Part shown: positions 15,663-23,134 of the stretch, one piece after another
Position numbering within the stretch: the first letter of the stretch is position 1
Layout: every line of letters starts with the position of its first letter
Source of the DNA: Pseudochrobactrum asaccharolyticum
GTDB taxonomy: Bacteria > Pseudomonadota > Alphaproteobacteria > Rhizobiales > Rhizobiaceae
Direction: 5' to 3'
DNA: 24,000 nucleotides
NCBI RefSeq assembly: GCF_003314995.1
Contig: NZ_QNRH01000001.1
Span: 659,436-683,435 of the forward strand
Position numbers and translations under genes: made by a program
The notes under the pieces: generated by a model
What the model saw: the letters and a program-made list of their open reading frames with translations, nothing else
Told to the model about the DNA's origin: nothing
Database searches by the model: none

Positions 15663-16976
15663 TCAGGCTGTCTTTTTATTATCGCTCATTTTGAAAATCG
15701 CGAACAATGCGATGACAGCTGCGATACTGACATACCATGCCGGTGCGCTGTAGCCGAGCGAGGTTGTGCCGAGCCATGTCAGTGCTGCCGGAGCAAAACC
15801 ACCGAAAATTGTGGTGGAGATGTTATAGGCAAGCGACATACCGGTTGAACGGATATGGGTCGGGAAGACTTCGGACAGAGCGGAAGGTGCAACGCCAACC
15901 ACACCGGCAACCATAACACAGAAGCAGCTCTGAACAGTGATCAGGGTGCTGAGTGTTGGTGAGTGATGCAGCCACCACAGCAGCGGATGAATAGCAATCA
16001 GCAGCACGGTTGTGGTGATCGCCAGTGTCAAACGACGGCCGATCTTGTCGGAAACAGCACCGGCAACGATACAACCGACAGCCATAAGACTATTTCCGAT
16101 CAGGGCAGCAATGAATGCCTGTGAACCGGTGAAACCGAATGCACGCTGTACATAGATCGGCATATAGATGATCATGACATAGACGCTGGCTGCCCATAAT
16201 ACGGAGAAGGCTGTACCTTTGAGCAATGCACCGCCATAATTGACGAATACTTCTTTCAGAGGGGCATGTTCTGCAGTTTTGCCTTGTTTATCAAATTCAG
16301 CTTTGAAAACAGGCGTTTCATCCAGTGAACGGCGCATCCACAGACCAACAGGTGCAATCAGCAGGCCGAGGATGAACGGAATACGCCAGCCCCAGTCACC
16401 AACCTGATCTTCAGTGAGAAGTGAGGTGACAGCGAGAGCAACAAAGGCACCAATAATATTGGAAAATGCCATACTGGCCTGCAGCCATGCAGCATATTTA
16501 CCTTTTTGACCTTCCGGCGCATGCTCCACCAGAAAGGCTGCGGCACTGCCGACTTCACCACCGGCTGAGAAGCCCTGCAGCACACGGCCGGCAAGAATAA
16601 TCATCGGAGCGCCGATACCGATCGCGGCATAGGTTGGTGCAATAGCGATCAGCAGCGTACCGGCTGCCATGATCATGATTGTCAGAAACAATGCCGCTTT
16701 ACGACCGGCTTTGTCGGCATAAACGCCGAGGACAACCGCGCCCAGCGGACGGATCAGAAAGCCAAGACCAAAGGCCAGAAAGGACTTGATCAGCTCGACA
16801 GTGTCATTTCCGCCAGGGAAAAAATTCTTGGCGATGTAAACGGCAAACAAAGCGTAGATTGTAAAATCATACCATTCCAGCGCATTACCGATAGAAGCGG
16901 CAGCGACAGCCTTTTTGGCATTGGAATTCGGCTTTGCGTCCGATTTGATAGTTTGATTATGTGTAACGTCCGTCAT
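15663..16976 (-). CDS. MFS transporter, metabolite:H+ symporter (MHS) family (ProP/KgtP/ShiA-like)
   Basis: 437-aa ORF. The blocks AAASIGNALEWYDFTIYALFAVYIAKNFFPGG, FLIRPLGAVVLGVYADKAGRK and WGWRIPFILG are collinear with E. coli ProP/KgtP as I recall them. It lacks the ProP C-terminal coiled coil. An RBS GGGGGA lies ~10 nt upstream. Confidence 0.88.
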   Translation of the reverse strand: MTDVTHNQTIKSDAKPNSNAKKAVAAASIGNALEWYDFTIYALFAVYIAKNFFPGGNDTVELIKSFLAFGLGFLIRPLGAVVLGVYADKAGRKAALFLTIMIMAAGTLLIAIAPTYAAIGIGAPMIILAGRVLQGFSAGGEVGSAAAFLVEHAPEGQKGKYAAWLQASMAFSNIIGAFVALAVTSLLTEDQVGDWGWRIPFILGLLIAPVGLWMRRSLDETPVFKAEFDKQGKTAEHAPLKEVFVNYGGALLKGTAFSVLWAASVYVMIIYMPIYVQRAFGFTGSQAFIAALIGNSLMAVGCIVAGAVSDKIGRRLTLAITTTVLLIAIHPLLWWLHHSPTLSTLITVQSCFCVMVAGVVGVAPSALSEVFPTHIRSTGMSLAYNISTTIFGGFAPAALTWLGTTSLGYSAPAWYVSIAAVIALFAIFKMSDNKKTA

Positions 16977-17104
16977 ATGACAGAATCCCCCAAATATTCC
17001 GGCTGTGGTCTTTTATGTCTCATCTCCCACCAGCAATACGAGACAGTAACAATTTAACTTTGTGTCGGCAGTTGACAAAAAATGAATGTCTCCATAGCGA
17101 AAAA

Positions 17105-17119
17105 CGAAATAGTATTTCG
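17105..17119. promoter_or_regulatory. Perfect 15-bp palindrome in the MHS / LysR divergent promoter region (candidate LTTR operator)
   Basis: CGAAATAGTATTTCG at 17105-17119 has 7-bp arms around a central G. It lies 77 nt upstream of the LysR ATG (17196) and 129 nt upstream of the MHS start (16976). Confidence 0.4.
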
Positions 17120-17195
17120 GCGGAACAATATTTTTGTATTTATGGCATATTGGATTGATATTCCTGATAAAAATCACTGATGAAGGTCTGTGCCT

Positions 17196-19007
17196 ATGAT
17201 CGAGCTGCGGCAGCTTTCTTACTTTGTGGCGGCCTGCCATCAAACCAGCTTCAGCAAGGCGGCTGAAGTTCTGGATATTGCGCTGTCAACTTTGAGTGTT
17301 GCGCTGCAGAATCTGGAAGAGGAAGTCGGCGCGCAACTGTTCCGCCGCGTACCGGCCGGGCTGACGCCGACTGTGGCAGGTCGCTGGCTCTATCGCGCTG
17401 CAATACCACTTTTGCAAGCCGAAGCTTTCACCCGACAGGCCACAATGCGGGAGTGTAACGGGCAATGCGAATTCAGCCATTTGGTGGTTGAAGTGCAGCT
17501 GATGTTCTCACTTGGTAATGTCTCCAAGGCCATAAGCTCGGCTTTGGTCGGCCTGCAAAAAGACTATCCGGAAGTGTTTATCGAGCCACATTGGGGCAGT
17601 TCGGACGGGGAGCCGCCTTTGCCGCTGACCGAGAGTACTGAGAGTAACCGGATAATCTTCAGCTATGAGAAAAAGGGTGTCGCCATTCACGATGATCCGT
17701 GGGTGCTGGCGCGTAGTCTGCCGGTTCAATCCGGTGAGGCTCCTGCCTTGCAGGATATGCTTGCAGGTCCGGTGATTGTTCCGGCACTGCCCGAGCCGCT
17801 CTTGCAGGATTTGTCGGGCTATTTGCAGCAGCATCCGATTAAGAATATCCGTTTTACACAGGATCATCCGGGCACTCTGGCACGCCTGAGTGGCGAGAAC
17901 CCGGATACCGCTTTTCTGGTGCCGCAAAGCACACTAGCCAACCGCATGGGGTTGCATCGCCTGAAACTGGTGCCGCTTGATCCACCGCTTATCAGTCAGG
18001 TGCGGGTGCATATTGCCGATCCGCATCCGGTGGCGGAAGAGACTGTACGCCGTATCCGTGCGGCACTGGCATCCGGAGAGCCTTCAGCACTCTATCAACC
18101 GCAACTGACCAGACGGCAATTCAGCTATTTCCGGCTGATTGACAATAACCGCAATCTGACTGCCGCTGCCCGTGTGGCTAAAGTTGCCCAACCGGCGATT
18201 ACCGGCCAGCTGCGTAAGATGGAGCAGGTGATTGGCAAACAATTATTTGAGCGCCGCCGCGATGGTCTGGTGCCGACTGAGGCAGGGCGCATCTTCCGCA
18301 TTGGTAGTGAACTGATCGAAGCACGTTTGCAATCCATGGCCGTGCATAGTGCGGGATCACTGGGGCGCAACCGGTCGCGTTTACGGATTGGTGTTCTGCC
18401 TTCGGTCAGTCAGGAAAGCACTCTGCTGGCAGGTATGACCGATGCGGTGCTGCGCTGGCGCAAAAGTCACCCGCAGATTGACCTGCAAATTCTCGAAGCG
18501 CCAACCAGTGTTTTGCAGGATTGGGTACAGGCGGGTGTGATCAGCCTTGCCGTGCTGGAAACCGATATGCCGCACATGGCGCGTTTCAGACTCAATGTTG
18601 AGGAACCGCTGTCGCTGATCTGCCATCCCGATCTGGCAGCAGAGCTCTCTCAGGGTACAGGCGTTGATCTGGAAACACTGCGTCAGGTGCCGCTGGTGCT
18701 GCCGACTATGACCTTTGGCATCCGGCAATTGCTGGAAACACAATTGAACGAGCAAAACCTGTCGCTGGAGCCGGTGATTGAAATTAACTCACTGCCGATG
18801 ATGATCGCGATGATCCGGCGCGAAAAGCTTGCAACCTTGCTGCCGGTCTCAGCCGTGCGTCGCGATCTGGAACAGGGCACATTGGTGAACCTTGAACTCA
18901 AGCCGCATATTTTGCGCAGATTGTTTGTGATCTATTCCAATGCCCGCACTCTGACGGTTGCCGAAAGAGAGCTGGTGCGCGAATTGCGCGAGGCACTCAC
19001 ACAATGA
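17196..19007 (+). CDS. Tandem (duplicated) LysR-type transcriptional regulator: two complete HTH + effector-binding modules in one polypeptide
   Basis: The track ORF starts at GTG 17190. ATG 17196 is better placed after the TGAAGG RBS. Module 1 has HTH IELRQLSYFVAACHQTSFSKAAEVLDIALSTLSVALQNLEEEVGAQLFRR plus ~210 aa. Module 2 starts near nt 18105 with HTH LTRRQFSYFRLIDNNRNLTAAARVAKVAQPAITGQLRKMEQVIGKQLFERR, followed by a canonical LysR substrate-binding domain (LRIGVLPSVS...). There is no stop or frameshift at the junction. Confidence 0.85.
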   Translation: MIELRQLSYFVAACHQTSFSKAAEVLDIALSTLSVALQNLEEEVGAQLFRRVPAGLTPTVAGRWLYRAAIPLLQAEAFTRQATMRECNGQCEFSHLVVEVQLMFSLGNVSKAISSALVGLQKDYPEVFIEPHWGSSDGEPPLPLTESTESNRIIFSYEKKGVAIHDDPWVLARSLPVQSGEAPALQDMLAGPVIVPALPEPLLQDLSGYLQQHPIKNIRFTQDHPGTLARLSGENPDTAFLVPQSTLANRMGLHRLKLVPLDPPLISQVRVHIADPHPVAEETVRRIRAALASGEPSALYQPQLTRRQFSYFRLIDNNRNLTAAARVAKVAQPAITGQLRKMEQVIGKQLFERRRDGLVPTEAGRIFRIGSELIEARLQSMAVHSAGSLGRNRSRLRIGVLPSVSQESTLLAGMTDAVLRWRKSHPQIDLQILEAPTSVLQDWVQAGVISLAVLETDMPHMARFRLNVEEPLSLICHPDLAAELSQGTGVDLETLRQVPLVLPTMTFGIRQLLETQLNEQNLSLEPVIEINSLPMMIAMIRREKLATLLPVSAVRRDLEQGTLVNLELKPHILRRLFVIYSNARTLTVAERELVRELREALTQ

Positions 19008-19016
19008 GTGGAAATG

Positions 19017-19050
19017 AAAACAGGCGAAACCGGAGTTTCGCCTGTTCTCT
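19017..19050. terminator. Hairpin terminator shared by the convergent LysR and urocanase-paralogue genes
   Basis: Stem AACAGGCGAAAC (19019-19030) / GTTTCGCCTGTT (19035-19046), loop CGGA. T-rich sequence follows on both strands (plus: CTCTTTACG; minus: TTCATTTCC). Confidence 0.7.
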
Positions 19051-19075
19051 TTACGGGGGGAGGATTTTTTAGCTT

Positions 19076-20722
19076 TTATGCCAGATTGAAGTGGCGGATG
19101 TTTTTCTTTTCCGCTTCGTCCAGCGCTTCTTCATAACCGGCATCGGCATAACGCATCACGCCGAGCGATGTGTCATTGGTCAATGACAGTTCAATGCGGA
19201 CATCCGCATCATCGGTACCATCGGCCACCACAGTCACACCCGCGCTGGTCATATAGCCGGAATAACCGCCGCCGCCGGAATGAATAGCGACAAGATCAGC
19301 TTGCGAGGAGCACATAGCCAGACCATTGATCAGCGGCCAGTCGGCAATCGCATCAGAACCATCACGCATATTCTCAGTCATGATATTCGGATGCGCCATG
19401 GCACCGGCATCAAGATGATCGCGGGTAAAGGCAACAGGGCCGGACAGCGTACCGTCACGCACCATGCTATTCACAGCGAGTGCCAGCTGAGTGCGTTCGC
19501 CATGGCCAAGCCATGCGATACGCGCTGGCAGACCTTCAAACGGCACATTCTCACCGGCGAGATGGATCCAGTTGGTGACAATGCGGTTATCGGCAAATGC
19601 CTTGAGGATGTAATTGTCGATAATGCGGATATCTTCCTGATTATTCGACAGAGCAATCCAGCGGAACGGGCCAATCGCACGGCAGAACAACGGACGCAGG
19701 AAGGCTTCGGTGAAGACCGGAATATTGAACGCATCTGCCACGCCGCCGTCTTTGGCATGGGTGCGGATCAGGTTACCATTGTCAAACACCACTGAACCGG
19801 CTTTCTGGAAACCGAGCATGGCTGTGACGTGACGAACGATGGAAGCGCGGCTTTCATTCATCAGGGTCTGCGGATCGCTCTTACGCATGGCACGGGCTTC
19901 ATCCAGCGAACGGGTTGCCGGTACATAGCCGTAAACCAGATCATGGGCGGAGGTTTGGTCAGTTACGATATCCGGAATGATATTGCGTTCCAGAATCTGC
20001 TCATAAAGATCAGCGGCATTGCCGTGAACGCCGATGGAAACAGCGCGTTTCTCGGCCATCGCTGTTTTGACCTGCGCCAGCGCATCGTCCAGATCTTTGG
20101 CAATCACATCAAGGAAGCCGATATCCTTGCGCTTCTGAATGCGTTCCTGATCGATTTCAACGCAGAGCGTAACCGCACCGGCCATACGGCCTGCCAGTGG
20201 CTGCGCGCCGCCCATGCCGCCAAGACCGGCGGTGAGGATCAGACGACCGGCCAGATTATTATTGAAGCTCTGTTCGGCAATACGCATGAAGATTTCATAG
20301 GTGCCCTGAATAACACCCTGCGAGCCGATATACTGCCAGTCACCGGCAGTAAGACCACCCCAGCAGATCAGGTTCTGCTTTTCCCATTCGTAGAAATTTT
20401 CAGCCTTCGCCCACTGACCAACCATATTACAGTTGGCCATAATCACGACTGGTGCCTGTTTATGGGTTTTCAGAATGCCGATCGGCTTGCCGGATTGTAC
20501 GACGAGCGTTTCGTCTTCTTCAATCTTGTGCAGGCTTTCAACGATTTTGTCATGAGACGGCCAGTCGCGTGCGGCTTTACCAAGTGCGGCATAGACCACC
20601 AGATTGTCAGGGTCTTCACCCACAGCCAGTACGTTTTCCATCAAACGCAGCAGGCCTTCAGCGCGCCAGTTCTTACAGCGCAACTCAGTGCCGGATGTGA
20701 CGTTAAATTGTTTCTTGGACAT
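19076..20722 (-). CDS. hutU: Urocanate hydratase (urocanase) family protein; a divergent paralogue and candidate thiourocanate/modified-urocanate hydratase
   Basis: 548-aa ORF, collinear over its full length with urocanases. Shared blocks are ETLVVQSGKPIG, YIGSQGVIQGTYE, NAD-binding LTAGLGGMGGAQPLAG, VTDQTSAHD, RPLFCRAIGPFRW and MRDGSDAIADWP. Several canonical urocanase motifs are altered; see findings. It is the last gene of a four-gene operon. Confidence 0.9.
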   Translation of the reverse strand: MSKKQFNVTSGTELRCKNWRAEGLLRLMENVLAVGEDPDNLVVYAALGKAARDWPSHDKIVESLHKIEEDETLVVQSGKPIGILKTHKQAPVVIMANCNMVGQWAKAENFYEWEKQNLICWGGLTAGDWQYIGSQGVIQGTYEIFMRIAEQSFNNNLAGRLILTAGLGGMGGAQPLAGRMAGAVTLCVEIDQERIQKRKDIGFLDVIAKDLDDALAQVKTAMAEKRAVSIGVHGNAADLYEQILERNIIPDIVTDQTSAHDLVYGYVPATRSLDEARAMRKSDPQTLMNESRASIVRHVTAMLGFQKAGSVVFDNGNLIRTHAKDGGVADAFNIPVFTEAFLRPLFCRAIGPFRWIALSNNQEDIRIIDNYILKAFADNRIVTNWIHLAGENVPFEGLPARIAWLGHGERTQLALAVNSMVRDGTLSGPVAFTRDHLDAGAMAHPNIMTENMRDGSDAIADWPLINGLAMCSSQADLVAIHSGGGGYSGYMTSAGVTVVADGTDDADVRIELSLTNDTSLGVMRYADAGYEEALDEAEKKNIRHFNLA

Positions 20723-20746
20723 AATAGTACTTTCTATACCGCTAAA

Positions 20747-21835
20747 TCAGGCCAGTGCGTAATCGGCAAGGGAAATGCCGAGTGCCTTTTCGACAATCGG
20801 ATAAACGCTCGGGTCTTTGACCGAGGCGCTGAGCGGAATTTCTGTCTTGTTGATGTGGAACACCAGAATTTCCATACCTTCATGGACATTGCCGACACTG
20901 ACAGGGCTGCCATTTGTATCGAGCGTGGTGATCACATCAGGGAAGGTGGCAAGACGCTGACCGTCACCATCATCCACGGCCATATATTCGTTCATCACAT
21001 GCAGGATCACATCGCGGTTGCCGTCACGCACGGTGATGGTGCCGATGTCGAAAGCTTCCTGCGTGTAGTGCACATTCTTGGCGGTGACTTTGCCCTGTGC
21101 GAGAATGCTGCCATTGGTGGTTTTGCAGATTGCATCAATCACCGCAGTTGCGCCTTTGCTCTGGGCTGCGCGGATGGCTTCGCCAAGGGTCAGAGCACGG
21201 GAGATACCGCCGAGCGCTGCATTCCTGCGCACATAGGAAGCACGCAGCGGATTGCGGCAGCTGGCGATGAAACCACCGGACATATCAGAGGCTTTGCGCA
21301 GGATCGGCGAGATTTTGGCTGTCGCGCCGCGTGTGACCAGCTCGATATAGGAGTTGGAATCACGGTGACCGCCAACGGCTGTCTGGATCATCTGCTCAGG
21401 GCTGTTGGCCATGCCGATGGAGCCCATGTCGCCAGTCGGATGCGCGCGGATATCGCCCACAGCATCAATCACTTTGGTGCCGAGAACAGCGGAAGGCAGC
21501 CAGGCATTCATGGTGCTGGACATGCCGTTCTGGCCGATCATCAGGCCATAGACTTCATCGCCCAACTCATATTGCAGCAGTTCAACGGCTTTCACATAGT
21601 CGATGCCGAGCATTTCCCACTGGGTGGTGCTGGCCGGTGCGCCGATAGCAGCGGCTGTGGCAATCCATGCATCGTCGGATACTTCTTCCATATCCACCAG
21701 TTCAGGCCGGCCAATGGTGACCGCAGTGGTGCCCAGCATACGGCCGTGCTCAACCCAGCCGCCGCCACCGGCTGCAAAGACCGAACCGCCTGCAATTGCG
21801 GATTCCACGTCATCCAATGTTAAAATACGCCCCAT
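20747..21835 (-). CDS. DUF917-family protein (PF06032; hydantoinase-associated; candidate thiohydantoin desulfurase)
   Basis: 362-aa ORF. The N-terminus ILTLDDVESAIAGGSVFAAGGGGWVEHG shows the G-rich motif I associate with DUF917. Its size and its placement among hydantoinase and carbamoylase genes are typical of the family. A strong RBS GAGGAGG sits in the 12-nt gap upstream. Confidence 0.75.
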   Translation of the reverse strand: MGRILTLDDVESAIAGGSVFAAGGGGWVEHGRMLGTTAVTIGRPELVDMEEVSDDAWIATAAAIGAPASTTQWEMLGIDYVKAVELLQYELGDEVYGLMIGQNGMSSTMNAWLPSAVLGTKVIDAVGDIRAHPTGDMGSIGMANSPEQMIQTAVGGHRDSNSYIELVTRGATAKISPILRKASDMSGGFIASCRNPLRASYVRRNAALGGISRALTLGEAIRAAQSKGATAVIDAICKTTNGSILAQGKVTAKNVHYTQEAFDIGTITVRDGNRDVILHVMNEYMAVDDGDGQRLATFPDVITTLDTNGSPVSVGNVHEGMEILVFHINKTEIPLSASVKDPSVYPIVEKALGISLADYALA

Positions 21836-21847
21836 AATGGCCTCCTC

Positions 21848-23134
21848 TTAAATGCTGTTATGTGTTTGATTGGTAACCGGAGTGCGCTCGTCAAAGCGGC
21901 GCACTGCCGCAAACATTGCTGCAGCACCTGCTGCAAGGTCGTGTTTTTCTGCCCATTCTTCCGGTGTATGGCTGCGTCCGCCAAGGCATGGCACAAAGAC
22001 CATGGCGGCCGGTGCCAGCTGGCCGATAAAGGCCGCATCATGCCCCGCACCGCTGGCGAGTTGCAGATGGCTATGGCCGAGTGCATCGGCGCTTTTTGCC
22101 AGATCATCCAGCAGGCCTAAGTCACAATCCATCGGCATGGTGTCGGAAAGGGTCTTGAAGTGGCTGCGCTCCACATTGGCTTTCGCGGCAGCAAGTTGTG
22201 TTGCCGCATCAATGCTTTCCAGAAAACGCAGCGTTTTCTCGCGTTTACCGGTGCGGATGTCGACAATCACCTTGGCCTGTTCCGGCACCACATTGGCACC
22301 GCCCGGCTCAAGGGTGAGAATGCCGACAGTGGCAACAAAATAGCCGTCCGGCTCGGATGCCAAAGCTTCGGCCTGTTCACGGATTGCAGTGACGGCTTGC
22401 GCTGCCGCATAAAGCGCATCGCGGCGCATATGCATTGGCGTGGTGCCCGCATGGTCAGCGGCACCCTGAAAGGCAATTTCCAGACGGGTGATGCCGACAA
22501 TGCCGGTCACCAGACCCAAATCCGTCTTGCTCTGTTCCAGTACAGGGCCTTGCTCAATATGCAGTTCCAGATAGGCGGCAATATCCTTGCGCACAGCCTC
22601 TGAAAGTTTGGCCGGATTGCCGCCGACACGGATCAGCGCATCGCCGAGGCGCTCATCCTGCGGGCCCGTAAAGTCGAGCATAGCATTGGTCAGCTGACCG
22701 CTCATGCCACGGCTACCGACACAGGACAGACCGTATTCACTAGGTTCCTCTGCGAGAAAATCCACCACTTCCAGATTGTGCTGCAACTCAATACCGGCAT
22801 CGCGCAGGGCGCGGGCAACTTCGAGTGCTGCCACCACACCGGCAATGCCGTCAAAGCGTCCGCCGGAAGGCACAGTATCACTATGCGAAGCCATCATAAT
22901 GGTTTTGGCGTGCGGCTTGGCACCGGTACGGCGGCCGATCAGATTGCCTGCGGTATCAATGCGCACCTCAAGACCGGCGGCTTTGAATTGCTCAATCAGA
23001 TAGGCGCGGCCAGCCAGAAAACGCGGCGTAAAAGAACGGCGCGTGTAAGGCTTGCCCGGCTCGGTAATATCGGCCAGCGCCATAATATCCTGCCAGAGCC
23101 GGTCGCCGTCTACGAGCGTGTTGGAGGCCGCCAT
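21848..23134 (-). CDS. M20-family Zn-dependent amidohydrolase (N-carbamoyl-L-amino-acid hydrolase / allantoate amidohydrolase type)
   Basis: 428-aa ORF. The blocks DRLWQDIMALADI, AGLEVRIDTAGNLIGRRTG, IMMASHSDTVPSGGRFDGIAGVVAALE and HTPEE near the C-terminus are characteristic of the AmaB/HyuC/AllC carbamoylase clade. Its start overlaps the upstream stop by 1 nt (TAATG). Confidence 0.88.
   Translation of the reverse strand: MAASNTLVDGDRLWQDIMALADITEPGKPYTRRSFTPRFLAGRAYLIEQFKAAGLEVRIDTAGNLIGRRTGAKPHAKTIMMASHSDTVPSGGRFDGIAGVVAALEVARALRDAGIELQHNLEVVDFLAEEPSEYGLSCVGSRGMSGQLTNAMLDFTGPQDERLGDALIRVGGNPAKLSEAVRKDIAAYLELHIEQGPVLEQSKTDLGLVTGIVGITRLEIAFQGAADHAGTTPMHMRRDALYAAAQAVTAIREQAEALASEPDGYFVATVGILTLEPGGANVVPEQAKVIVDIRTGKREKTLRFLESIDAATQLAAAKANVERSHFKTLSDTMPMDCDLGLLDDLAKSADALGHSHLQLASGAGHDAAFIGQLAPAAMVFVPCLGGRSHTPEEWAEKHDLAAGAAAMFAAVRRFDERTPVTNQTHNSI

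Noticed and set aside
15651-15666. Inverted repeat CTGACAG-AA-CTGTCAG overlapping the MHS stop codon
   Set aside because: The 2-nt spacer is too short for an RNA hairpin loop. The real terminator lies just downstream (15600-15636), so this is probably coincidental.
17190-17195. GTG 17190 as the start of the double LysR
   Set aside because: ATG 17196 lies 9 nt after the TGAAGG Shine-Dalgarno-like sequence and gives the canonical LTTR N-terminus MIELRQLSYF. The 2-codon difference does not affect the functional call.
19829-21823. Very long plus-strand ORF (664 aa) spanning the region opposite the urocanase paralogue and the DUF917 gene
   Set aside because: It is a shadow ORF on the antisense strand of two genes that have clear full-length family matches. 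It also runs through their intergenic spacer. Its composition is odd (rich in H, C, R, G, A, D, I, F) and I recognise no motif. Long stop-free antisense frames are expected with this codon bias.
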